The notes under the pieces are model-generated. The model saw only the letters and a list, made by a program, of their open reading frames with translations. It did not search any database and was not told the origin of the DNA. From Anaerovoracaceae bacterium (lineage in GTDB: Bacteria; Bacillota; Clostridia; Peptostreptococcales; Anaerovoracaceae): 64,000 nucleotides of DNA. The stretch covers positions 454-64,453 of the forward strand of contig JAZUKP010000033.1 in the NCBI GenBank assembly GCA_045643345.1. Direction: 5' to 3'. The position numbers were made by a program, and so were the translations under genes. Shown here piece by piece: positions 33,860-42,136 of the stretch (positions within the stretch are counted from its first letter, which is position 1; every line of letters starts with the position of its first letter).

Positions 33860-34843
33860 TTAATTTCCTTTTGCCCCGGCATCATTCTGCGTAAGAACCT
33901 GCTTTGAATCATTGAGCAATACAACCTGTCTGCCATCAGATGTGAAAACAATGTCCCCGGATCGGAACGTGCCATATATCTTTTTTGTGTACTTCATCAT
34001 ATCAGAAAGCACAGATTCATGCGGCTGAAAGTAATCATTATTACGCCCGCAGCTGATTGCAATATAGGCCGGCTTCAGGTACTTGTAAATGCTGTTGCTT
34101 GTGTTGCTTCCATGATGTCCGGCCACAACAACGCTTGTCTGTCCAACAAGAGTTGTCAGCTTCGCTTCCTGTTCTTTTTCCAAATCTCCCGTGCAGAGGA
34201 AGGATGTGTTGCCATACTTTATCAGCGTAACAACGCTGTTATTGTTGGTATTCTCCTCATTGTCTGCAATATCATAAATGGTAAGGGTGCAATTTGCGTT
34301 CCTTCCGAGGCTGATCGTTGTGTCATAATCCTCAACGAACTCACTCTTTGCCTTTGCTGCAGCTTCGAAATAATAAAAATAATTCTCGTCTGATAAATCG
34401 CCATAAATCGTTTTATCGACATCGAAGGCATCGTATACGAATTGCAGACCGCCCACATGGTCTTCATGTGAGTGGGTTGCTATGACATATTCAATCGGGC
34501 CGTCCACATAGGGCTTAATTTTTTCCACGACGCTTGGGCCTGCTTCATACGGTCCGCCGTCTATCAAGACTTCGGTATTGCCGAAATCTATAAAGACGGA
34601 TAAGCCTTGACCTACATCCAGCACCATGTATGTCAGTTTCTCCGGGTCTTTTTTCTCCGGATCATCTATTTTTTGATCGCCCTTATCGACGTCAACATCT
34701 GAAAACCCGCCCTGTTCCTTTTCCGGTTTTGGTGCATTAAGTGCTGATACTATATACATTCCGGCAAGGAGCAATACCCCGGCAATCAGAATGGCCGCAG
34801 CAATCTTGACCCATAATTTAATTTTTCTTTTTTTCTTGGTCAT
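33860..34843 (-). CDS. membrane-anchored MBL-fold hydrolase (ComEC C-terminal-domain-like)
   Basis: Start at ATG 34843 (MTKKKRKIKLWVKIAAAILIAG anchor). Motifs DVGQGLS, HSHEDHVGGL, GDLEKEQE and AGHHGS. Confidence 0.65.
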   Translation of the reverse strand: MTKKKRKIKLWVKIAAAILIAGVLLLAGMYIVSALNAPKPEKEQGGFSDVDVDKGDQKIDDPEKKDPEKLTYMVLDVGQGLSVFIDFGNTEVLIDGGPYEAGPSVVEKIKPYVDGPIEYVIATHSHEDHVGGLQFVYDAFDVDKTIYGDLSDENYFYYFEAAAKAKSEFVEDYDTTISLGRNANCTLTIYDIADNEENTNNNSVVTLIKYGNTSFLCTGDLEKEQEAKLTTLVGQTSVVVAGHHGSNTSNSIYKYLKPAYIAISCGRNNDYFQPHESVLSDMMKYTKKIYGTFRSGDIVFTSDGRQVVLLNDSKQVLTQNDAGAKGN

Positions 34844-34844
34844 A

Positions 34845-35183
34845 CTAAAGATGATGGCACAGCGCTGCCACATTTTTCTTTGTCATGGATGCCGGCTCCC
34901 AGCCTGCTGCATTCCTTCGAATTATAACATACAGTACCGGCCCGTACATACTAATATCTTCCGCCGCAAAATCTTCTGCAATCTTGTTTTTCGTTCCGGA
35001 ACGCTCTTCAGAACTATAGTAACACACAATTCCCGCATCCGGGATGATTTCCTGACACAAACAAAAAGATGCAGCCGCATTAAGTTCAATATTTGCTACC
35101 GATGAAAAACTTGCCGGAAGACTATCATCTTGAACTTCTATCTGTTCTTTTTCCCCATTCGGAAAAACCTTTAAAACCGTCAT
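34845..35183 (-). CDS. hypothetical protein (weak DUF3846-like pattern)
   Basis: 112 aa. First gene of the minus-strand unit divergent from the XRE gene. Confidence 0.4.
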   Translation of the reverse strand: MTVLKVFPNGEKEQIEVQDDSLPASFSSVANIELNAAASFCLCQEIIPDAGIVCYYSSEERSGTKNKIAEDFAAEDISMYGPVLYVIIRRNAAGWEPASMTKKNVAALCHHL

Positions 35184-35302
35184 TTTAACTCCTTAAATAT
35201 GTTTACATAGATACTATACAATATAAATGAGATAAAAATATGAATATTGATAAATTTCTATCTGAAATTTGTTTCTTTTTTTTGTAATTAAGGATATAAT
35301 TT

Positions 35303-35316
35303 TAACATGATTTACC
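35303..35316 (-). promoter_or_regulatory. GGTAAATCATGTTA operator box
   Basis: It lies in the divergent 35183/35371 intergenic region, around the -35 position of the XRE gene promoter (-10 TATAAT 35337-35342). Confidence 0.45.
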
Positions 35317-35370
35317 GAATGTCTTATTCAAAATTGTATAATAGATATATAGACGCTTAGGAGACAAATT

Positions 35371-35979
35371 ATGGACCCCGAAAAAACAAATAAATGTTAT
35401 CTGCGCGATGAACTGAACATCGTACTGAAACGAAAAGAAATCATCCAGCTGACCGGAACAACAAATAAGACCTTTATCACCTGGAATACCCACAGAAAAA
35501 TACCCAATTTACCCGCCCTTCTTGTTTTGGCCGAATTATATAATACAAACATCAGCTATCTTTTATCTCTTGCAGAAAACAATATGAAGCTTGAATCGTA
35601 TGAGATAGATCCGGCGAAAATGCGCTTCGCGGATATAAGAGCCGAATGGAAAATCTCGCAGCTGGATCTTGCGGAGCTTACAGGGCTTCAGCCCAAAACT
35701 ATCCGAGGGTATGAAAAAGGAATCCTTACAAGCAATTTTAACGCGGTATTCGCCCTGGCCGACGCATACAATGTCTGCGTAGAATACCTACTTGGCCTTA
35801 CGAATATCAAGCACCTTGATTCTGTACTGATTACGCCCAACACCGTGCTTCAAATCGTCAAAGACAATGAAAAAATCAACTGCCTGGTAGGGCAAGACAA
35901 CCTGATCCGCACTCCGGCAGGAGAAATTATAGATAGAAAGGAATTGGACAGTTTATGTTTTCGAATTTTGGCAAAATAA
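35371..35979 (+). CDS. XRE-family regulator with two HTH domains
   Basis: Two Cro/C1-type HTH units (IIQLTGTTNKTFITWNTHRKIP...ISYLLSL and ISQLDLAELTGLQPKTIRGYEKG...VEYLLGLT). AGGAG SD. Confidence 0.75.
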   Translation: MDPEKTNKCYLRDELNIVLKRKEIIQLTGTTNKTFITWNTHRKIPNLPALLVLAELYNTNISYLLSLAENNMKLESYEIDPAKMRFADIRAEWKISQLDLAELTGLQPKTIRGYEKGILTSNFNAVFALADAYNVCVEYLLGLTNIKHLDSVLITPNTVLQIVKDNEKINCLVGQDNLIRTPAGEIIDRKELDSLCFRILAK

Positions 35980-37175
35980 AAAAAGTTTTCGCCTTGTTTA
36001 TGATACTTGCCCTGGCATTAAGTTTATCTTGCTGCGGCAAAAAAGAAGAACAGCCTCAGGGTGGATTTTCGGACGTTGAAATATCTGAAAAGGAAAAGGA
36101 AAAAGAAAACCCCAAAAACACCTTTACGCAGCTGCCCGAACCGCTGGGACTTACCTACACAACGCAGGAGATTCCGTATGCACGTCAGCAATTTCAGGTT
36201 CCGGACTGTTTTTTGATGCTTCCGCAAACCGCTCGGCATATTGCTTTCAGCGGGAGTGGAGATTTTGAAGGAGTACAGCTTCATCTTTACACGGACATTC
36301 CTGACTGGTTCGGTATTGAATGTGATCCAGAGTGGCAGGACAGAAGCGCAATGGATGTATGGGACAGATTCGATGATGATGTGTTTGTAGATTATTCCAT
36401 TAAAAAGGAAAAGTGCCGTCTTGATTATCCCCTTATGCCTACTGCCTTTGACATCGAAACAGGAATTGAGGACTTTCATAAGGTATGCGGATATATCTTC
36501 GACTGTGCCCCTTTTAGATCGAAATATGATTCAAATGTTATTTCGGAATATCGACTTTACGGATATGGATATGTATTCGATCATGTAAGCTGCTTGTGGA
36601 CAGCAATATATCCGGTAGAAAAGCAGGCGGATGTTGAAGCTCTTTTATCTTATATCGTATCGACGGTAAAGGCCCTGGATGTTAAGCCGGCAGCGTACAA
36701 ACAAGTTCAGATTGATGATTTTATCCTTTCGGTTCCGGAAGATCTGAATCAAGTTTCAATCAACGGACGCCAATTCGTATATGTTTCGCCGCATTACAAT
36801 GTATCTCAGTACACCGGCATGGGTTTTGCAGTTTATCCTTTCCTTGAATTAAATGCACACGACTTTTCGTCTCTGATCCGGGCAGCCGTCGGTAGTGACC
36901 TTGAATATAAATGTGTGCGGGTAGATCACAAGGAGAATATTGATTTTAACGGTACGATTGTAAAAGAAGCAGATAAATACGAAGCAATCGTGCTGGACAT
37001 CCCCGGAGATCAAATGTATGAAAGAGCGCATAATGTTGTATTCTGGGTATATCATTTCGGGAATGCCGACGATAAGGTTTTAATATTCTTCGATCACTCC
37101 GCAAGATTTGATGATCATTACGAAGAGATACTAAACAATAGCCTTAAAAAAACCTTCAAATATGTAGGGAATTAG
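35955..37175 (+). CDS. putative lipoprotein
   Basis: The signal/lipobox is ALFMILALALSLSCCGKK. 406 aa, no motif recognised. Confidence 0.5.
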   Translation: MFSNFGKIKKVFALFMILALALSLSCCGKKEEQPQGGFSDVEISEKEKEKENPKNTFTQLPEPLGLTYTTQEIPYARQQFQVPDCFLMLPQTARHIAFSGSGDFEGVQLHLYTDIPDWFGIECDPEWQDRSAMDVWDRFDDDVFVDYSIKKEKCRLDYPLMPTAFDIETGIEDFHKVCGYIFDCAPFRSKYDSNVISEYRLYGYGYVFDHVSCLWTAIYPVEKQADVEALLSYIVSTVKALDVKPAAYKQVQIDDFILSVPEDLNQVSINGRQFVYVSPHYNVSQYTGMGFAVYPFLELNAHDFSSLIRAAVGSDLEYKCVRVDHKENIDFNGTIVKEADKYEAIVLDIPGDQMYERAHNVVFWVYHFGNADDKVLIFFDHSARFDDHYEEILNNSLKKTFKYVGN

Positions 37176-37186
37176 TGACCAAAATA

Positions 37187-37244
37187 GGTAAATCATGTTG
37201 CACGTCTGGGCATTTCATGTTATAATATTTACATGAATTACCCA
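37187..37244 (+). promoter_or_regulatory. promoter with three GGYAWWTYRTGT boxes
   Basis: GGTAAATCATGTT (37187-37199), -35 TTGCAC (37198-37203), GGGCATTTCATGT (37208-37220), -10 TATAAT (37221-37226), and an inverted box ACATGAATTACCCA (37231-37244). Confidence 0.6.
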
Positions 37245-37263
37245 TAAAGGAGGGCGTGCGACA

Positions 37264-37842
37264 ATGTTAAAAGATAGCGGACAGATTATAAAAATTGACG
37301 GGAAGGATGTATTTGTTGACATCCGGGAAGCATTTACCATTGATAAGGTTGTTTTCCAGTTCCGTAAGTACAACAATCAGGCAGAAAAGGGAAATAAAAT
37401 CACGAAGCAGGTTGACTACTACATGAACCTTGATGATTTTTCTTACTTCTGCTATTGCCTTTATACAGGCGGCATTAAAAAGGTTATCGCTGAATCCGGT
37501 TATACTTGTTATGGCGGATCCGTAAGAGACGGGAAGATTTATTCCCGCATATTAAAAATTGAAGGCGGAGAAGACGGAAAATTCTATCTGAAGGTACAGC
37601 AGGGTCCCGGAAAGAAAACCTCTACCGGAGCAATCACCCCGGCATATGTAGACAACAAGCCTGAGACAGAGATTATATTAAGACTTACCTGTGAGCAGCT
37701 TAAAAAGATAGGACTTACCGGGGAACGTGCGATTCGCATAAGAGATATGTGGGTCGCAAACGGATGTTTAGAAGAAAAATGCAGTGCGCTGCACTTTGCG
37801 AAAACACCGCAGCCAACGGAGGATCGAACCGACGCCTTCTAA
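37264..37842 (+). CDS. hypothetical protein
   Basis: 192 aa. AAGGAGGG SD. Confidence 0.55.
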   Translation: MLKDSGQIIKIDGKDVFVDIREAFTIDKVVFQFRKYNNQAEKGNKITKQVDYYMNLDDFSYFCYCLYTGGIKKVIAESGYTCYGGSVRDGKIYSRILKIEGGEDGKFYLKVQQGPGKKTSTGAITPAYVDNKPETEIILRLTCEQLKKIGLTGERAIRIRDMWVANGCLEEKCSALHFAKTPQPTEDRTDAF

Positions 37843-37858
37843 ATAAAGAGGAGCACCG

Positions 37859-38512
37859 ATGAGTGAATTTTTACGGCTTAAAAAAACTACTTATCACAAA
37901 AAAGAATTGCACAAAAAGTTAGACCGTGCAGACAAAGCTCTTGCGGCCGAAATGATAAAGCAGGACAGTTCTTCTGATCTCTATGTAAAAACAGAAGAAC
38001 CTCCTGTTTTTGTCACAACAAATGCAGAATCTGCTCCAGCCATAGAAGAAAGTTTTGAAACCCAGGCTGCCGTTTCAGAAGAACCAGAAGAAGAAATAGT
38101 TATTCCGCAGTATATCGGGCAAACAGACCCCGAAGAACCGGAAGCCAGGATCGAAACGGCAAAAGAAAGAAAAGCCCGCGAAAAGCTCGCAAAAAAATCA
38201 AAAGCCGTCGATGAAATCGACAACGCAGCCAGAAGAAAATATGAGCGTTTATCCGGGAAAACCCAGGAAGACAAAAAGAAGTTCTCTATTTATGAAGATG
38301 CGCCTGAAACCCCGGAAGAACGAGAAGAACGGGCGATGTACGACAGAATCAATAATGACGGATTTTATAATCTCATTACGCCCCTTGATGAAAACATCAA
38401 AGTTGAGCGAAGAAAGAAGAAAAGCGGCTCTAAAGAGAAGCTTATCATTGTTATAGTTATAGCTGTGCTGCTGATTGCAATGTCACTCACGCTCATTAAA
38501 TATATTAGATAG
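37859..38512 (+). CDS. hypothetical charged protein with C-terminal TM anchor
   Basis: E/K-rich, with a C-terminal LIIVIVIAVLLIAMSLTLI. Confidence 0.5.
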   Translation: MSEFLRLKKTTYHKKELHKKLDRADKALAAEMIKQDSSSDLYVKTEEPPVFVTTNAESAPAIEESFETQAAVSEEPEEEIVIPQYIGQTDPEEPEARIETAKERKAREKLAKKSKAVDEIDNAARRKYERLSGKTQEDKKKFSIYEDAPETPEEREERAMYDRINNDGFYNLITPLDENIKVERRKKKSGSKEKLIIVIVIAVLLIAMSLTLIKYIR

Positions 38513-38521
38513 AAAAAAAGA

Positions 38522-40777
38522 ATGAATATCATTTTTACCGAACAATTTAAAGATCTTGCCCGGATCCTCGCCGCAACCAACGGATTCCCTGCTGACGGGA
38601 GGATAATCGGATTAAACGATCTCGATAAAAATATGGCCGCAGCCACCCGTACTGCCGAAAACTTCGGCTATATTACAGCACCATGCCGAGACCTTGGCTA
38701 TGTAGATGATGTATTTTGGACATGGGGTTCTGACCTTGTTGATAAGAAATGCACTTTTGAAGCTGGCAGCTATGGATATAGTATAGAAGGGAAAGATGAT
38801 ATTCAGCTTCGAACCCTCGTAAAATTATTCTCCCGAAAAGATATCATGAATATCTACTATCTGAATACGAAGGGTTCTGACAGTTCATATTTTATGAATC
38901 TTTTAACTTATGCAAACAAGGATATTTCTGCCGACGATTTCGACTTTAAAATTCGTATCATTGATATTAAAGCAATGACCCAGGATGATATCAAAAAAGC
39001 CTTTTCTCTTGCCGAAAATGATACGAACTCCAACCTCAGATTCAGCGCTGCTTCTTTGGAAGAGGATTTATATCTTATGGCAGATGCCAGAATATCTGAA
39101 GCTACAAAAGAGGTGTGCCCGCAGGCCCAATATCCCGGCATCAAGTCGCTCCCCGTCCTTCAATATATTTATTCCAAGACGCAGACCATTCTTGCCACAG
39201 ATCTATCTGCACAGTACACGATTAAGGTCACGAGCAGCGCATACAATACTGATTTTTCGCTGTCGGCCAAAGGTCTTTCGTTCCGCAATAAGCTTCTTGC
39301 CGAAAAACAGATTGAGACCCTTCCCAAAGAAGCGACAGTAACAAAAGTAACACAAAAAATATGGGCCGAATATTCGAAAGGCACCTTCACCAAAAGCCGT
39401 CTTCTTGAAAAAGCTCGCGTCAAACTTGGATATAGCTATGATAAGACCGAAAAGGTTCTTGATAGCTTGTTTTCGGGCGGTTACATTTCGAATCCCAATA
39501 CCAATAGTTGCCGTCTCCCGCAAAACAGCAGAACTGAAATATACAAAAGGCTTATGACCTTAAAGGACACGACAACTTTTAGGGATATGCTCAAAGAAGC
39601 CAGGCCATATTATGCGATTGAACCAATTTTCTCTGATAATAATGAACATGGAATTATCATTACAGATAAACGGCCAACCCTGAAGAATCCGGATGAAATA
39701 AAGATTTATGAGCTGATTTTTGTGGAACTTATCAAGATTTATTATCCCCCACGCGAAACAAGCTCTATTCACTTTGAAGCGGAAGCCGGCAAAATGAAAT
39801 TCACCGGCACAGGAAGAATTCTTGTAAAGGAAGGCTTTTCTGCTCTGGAAGAACGCAGGCCGCCCAGACAAAATGCGCCAATGGTAATTAAGGAAGGCGA
39901 TTCTCTTCCTTTGTATTATTCCGTCGCGCACACACAGCCTGCCACCCCGCCCTACCCCGACATTTTTGAAATTGAAAAAGGGGTCAATCTGCCGCTGGAT
40001 AGTGTCAAAGCTGCACTTTCCTCTTTAGAAGAAATCGGCCTGATTATTAAAATAAAGGACAAGTATTCCGTGACACAAGATGCCAGTCCGCTTATCCGGA
40101 TATATCGCGGTGCCAACGGGCTTTTAAGCGGCATGATTATTCCGTTGATCCAGAACAATGTATCGGAATATTCGAAATTTTCCGAAGCAAAGCAAGAAGA
40201 AGTAAAAGAGTCCCTTTACGAAAGTCTTTCAGAGCTTCTGACGTTTTGGGACCAAGCAATTAGGAAAAACTACGCACAGAAAACATCCCTCTCCTGCCCG
40301 ATCTGCGAAAAAGCATTGCTTCATAATGAAAGCAGCCTGTTTTGTGATTCCTGCGGATTTTCAATGTTCAAAAATTACAACGGAAAGGATCTGCAGGATA
40401 AAGAGCTTTCTTATCTGTTCCAGTATAAGAAGACCCCCCTTATTTCCGGTTTCGACGGAGAATACATGGGACGCCTGCTTTTAGGCGGAATGAAAGTCAA
40501 TTTTACGAATGATTCGGATTTTTCTTGTCCGCGCTGCGCGAAAAAACTTTTCGTTTCCAAAAAGACCAAAGAATATGTCTGCGAAAGCTGCGGATTCCGG
40601 CTTCCGAATGAGTATATGAACTACAGTCTTACAGCCCAGGATAAAAAAGACCTTCTTACCCAGCGTCAAAGCTCAATTATTACCATCCGAAACGATAGCG
40701 GGGAAGCATTTAATGCGGCACTTATCATAGATAGAAATAAGGATTATACTTTATCTCACATTCCACAGGAGTTTTAA
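38522..40777 (+). CDS. type IA topoisomerase homologue lacking catalytic residues, with C-terminal zinc ribbons
   Basis: GTFTKSRLLEKARVKLGYSYDKTEKVLDSLFSGGYISNPNTNS aligns to the Topo IA segment ending ...LYE.GyITYpRTDS. Here Tyr, Arg and Asp are all Asn (39476-39508). No Toprim DxD(E)G cluster was seen. The C-terminal CPICE...CDSCGF and CPRC...CESCGF ribbons are typical of conjugative TopB. Confidence 0.55.
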   Translation: MNIIFTEQFKDLARILAATNGFPADGRIIGLNDLDKNMAAATRTAENFGYITAPCRDLGYVDDVFWTWGSDLVDKKCTFEAGSYGYSIEGKDDIQLRTLVKLFSRKDIMNIYYLNTKGSDSSYFMNLLTYANKDISADDFDFKIRIIDIKAMTQDDIKKAFSLAENDTNSNLRFSAASLEEDLYLMADARISEATKEVCPQAQYPGIKSLPVLQYIYSKTQTILATDLSAQYTIKVTSSAYNTDFSLSAKGLSFRNKLLAEKQIETLPKEATVTKVTQKIWAEYSKGTFTKSRLLEKARVKLGYSYDKTEKVLDSLFSGGYISNPNTNSCRLPQNSRTEIYKRLMTLKDTTTFRDMLKEARPYYAIEPIFSDNNEHGIIITDKRPTLKNPDEIKIYELIFVELIKIYYPPRETSSIHFEAEAGKMKFTGTGRILVKEGFSALEERRPPRQNAPMVIKEGDSLPLYYSVAHTQPATPPYPDIFEIEKGVNLPLDSVKAALSSLEEIGLIIKIKDKYSVTQDASPLIRIYRGANGLLSGMIIPLIQNNVSEYSKFSEAKQEEVKESLYESLSELLTFWDQAIRKNYAQKTSLSCPICEKALLHNESSLFCDSCGFSMFKNYNGKDLQDKELSYLFQYKKTPLISGFDGEYMGRLLLGGMKVNFTNDSDFSCPRCAKKLFVSKKTKEYVCESCGFRLPNEYMNYSLTAQDKKDLLTQRQSSIITIRNDSGEAFNAALIIDRNKDYTLSHIPQEF

Positions 40778-41583
40778 TGGAAAAGACAATAGTTGCGGAA
40801 CTGGATATAACCGGCAGAGTTTTAGGACTTTACGAAAAAGACAAAAACGATAAAATCACGCCATCAAAGCTAAAAAAAATCTCGAACCATTCGGATCTGT
40901 TTGAAGCGTTAGCCCAGCGTCTTGAAATGGCAGAAGCTTTTTATAGCCCGGACGGGCCTGCCTACAATATGGCGCGAAGAATACTGGATGCGTTTGTTTT
41001 ATTCGCATATCCTACTTCTGTTGCCAATCATCTGCAGCAATATGGATATAAAAATACCGAAACCATCCATTCTCAGATGGTTAAAAGCGGCTCCGAAATG
41101 AAGGTAATCACCCCAGATGAAGATATCCCCCTTCCGAAAAACCTTCCCCCGGATGATTTGCTTTATTACGTTTTTAAAAATAATGGTATTCAGCAAAAAG
41201 CGGAAAAGTACCTGGAAAACATGAAAGTCAAAGAGAATATGCCGCTTTATTATGCTGTATCAGCTTATATCGTGGATTTTTTCATTTCGCTTGCGGAAAA
41301 CGAAAAAACAAAGAAATATGCCTTCATCCTGTTTTATCACTATATGGATCCGAGTAATTCCCATAAACCTATTACCCAGAAGGCGGAAGAATATGCGAAG
41401 TTATACGGCATTGCAGAAGCCACCTATTATCGCCACATTAAGACAGCAACTATTCTTTTCGCAAAGTCAATCTGGGGAGAACTCCCAGCACCGGAAAACA
41501 ATTCTTCTCTTGAAATTGTCAATAACAGAATTGTTTTCAAAAAACCGAAAAAGTTTGACGCGGGCGAAGGACATAAGGTATAA
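40777..41583 (+). CDS. hypothetical protein with C-terminal sigma region-4-like HTH
   Basis: The C-terminal ITQKAEEYAKLYGIAEATYYRHIKTATILFAKSIWG resembles a sigma-70 region 4 / phage late-regulator HTH. This is weak. Confidence 0.4.
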   Translation: MEKTIVAELDITGRVLGLYEKDKNDKITPSKLKKISNHSDLFEALAQRLEMAEAFYSPDGPAYNMARRILDAFVLFAYPTSVANHLQQYGYKNTETIHSQMVKSGSEMKVITPDEDIPLPKNLPPDDLLYYVFKNNGIQQKAEKYLENMKVKENMPLYYAVSAYIVDFFISLAENEKTKKYAFILFYHYMDPSNSHKPITQKAEEYAKLYGIAEATYYRHIKTATILFAKSIWGELPAPENNSSLEIVNNRIVFKKPKKFDAGEGHKV

Positions 41584-41695
41584 TACCCTTGTAGTTTTAT
41601 TAAAACTCACACGAAGCATTGCGTCTTTAAGTGAGTATGTAGCATTATAGTGAGTATGTTAATTTACGGTTTTTCATTTTGAGAAGCCGTTTTTA
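41555..41695 (+). promoter_or_regulatory. structured leader copy C
   Basis: Promoter TTGACG-18-TATAAT (41555-41584). Stem-loop CTCAC-ac-GAAG-cattgcgt-CTTT-aa-GTGAG (41606-41635). Box GTAGCATTATAGTG. Hairpin CGGTTTTTC-atttt-GAGAAGCCG plus T5 (41666-41695). Confidence 0.6.
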
Positions 41696-41719
41696 ATTTG
41701 TAAATGAAAGGAGGAAAAA

Positions 41720-42034
41720 ATGCTTGCTATAAATGAACTGAGTTTCAGCGGAATCGTCTCAGATAAATCCGTAAATGAGAAAGGCACCTATTTTACGCTT
41801 TCGCAAAGAGTTTACGGCAAAATTGATACGGCTCTTGAAGTATTCGCTCCGCTTATTGCTTTCCCGGAAGGCCTTCCGATAGAAAACGGTGATACCGTCT
41901 ATATCAGCAGCGCCCTTCTGTATCAAAACGGTAATGGTTATCTTGCCCGGATTGCACACAAGGAACAGCTTCAGATCGTTGAAAAAAATTTTGACCTGGG
42001 AGAAATCTCCGCAGACAAAGAATTCAAATTATAA
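41720..42034 (+). CDS. hypothetical small protein
   Basis: 104 aa. AAAGGAGG SD. First gene behind leader C. A possible OB-like beta-rich fold is only a guess. Confidence 0.45.
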   Translation: MLAINELSFSGIVSDKSVNEKGTYFTLSQRVYGKIDTALEVFAPLIAFPEGLPIENGDTVYISSALLYQNGNGYLARIAHKEQLQIVEKNFDLGEISADKEFKL

Positions 42035-42136
42035 AAAAGCATTAGTTTAAACAGAGTTAAGCATTTAAAAGCAGCCGGCCGAAAAGATTTTTCTTTTTGG
42101 AGGCTTTTTTATTTGCAAAAAAAGCGAGGTAGAAAA

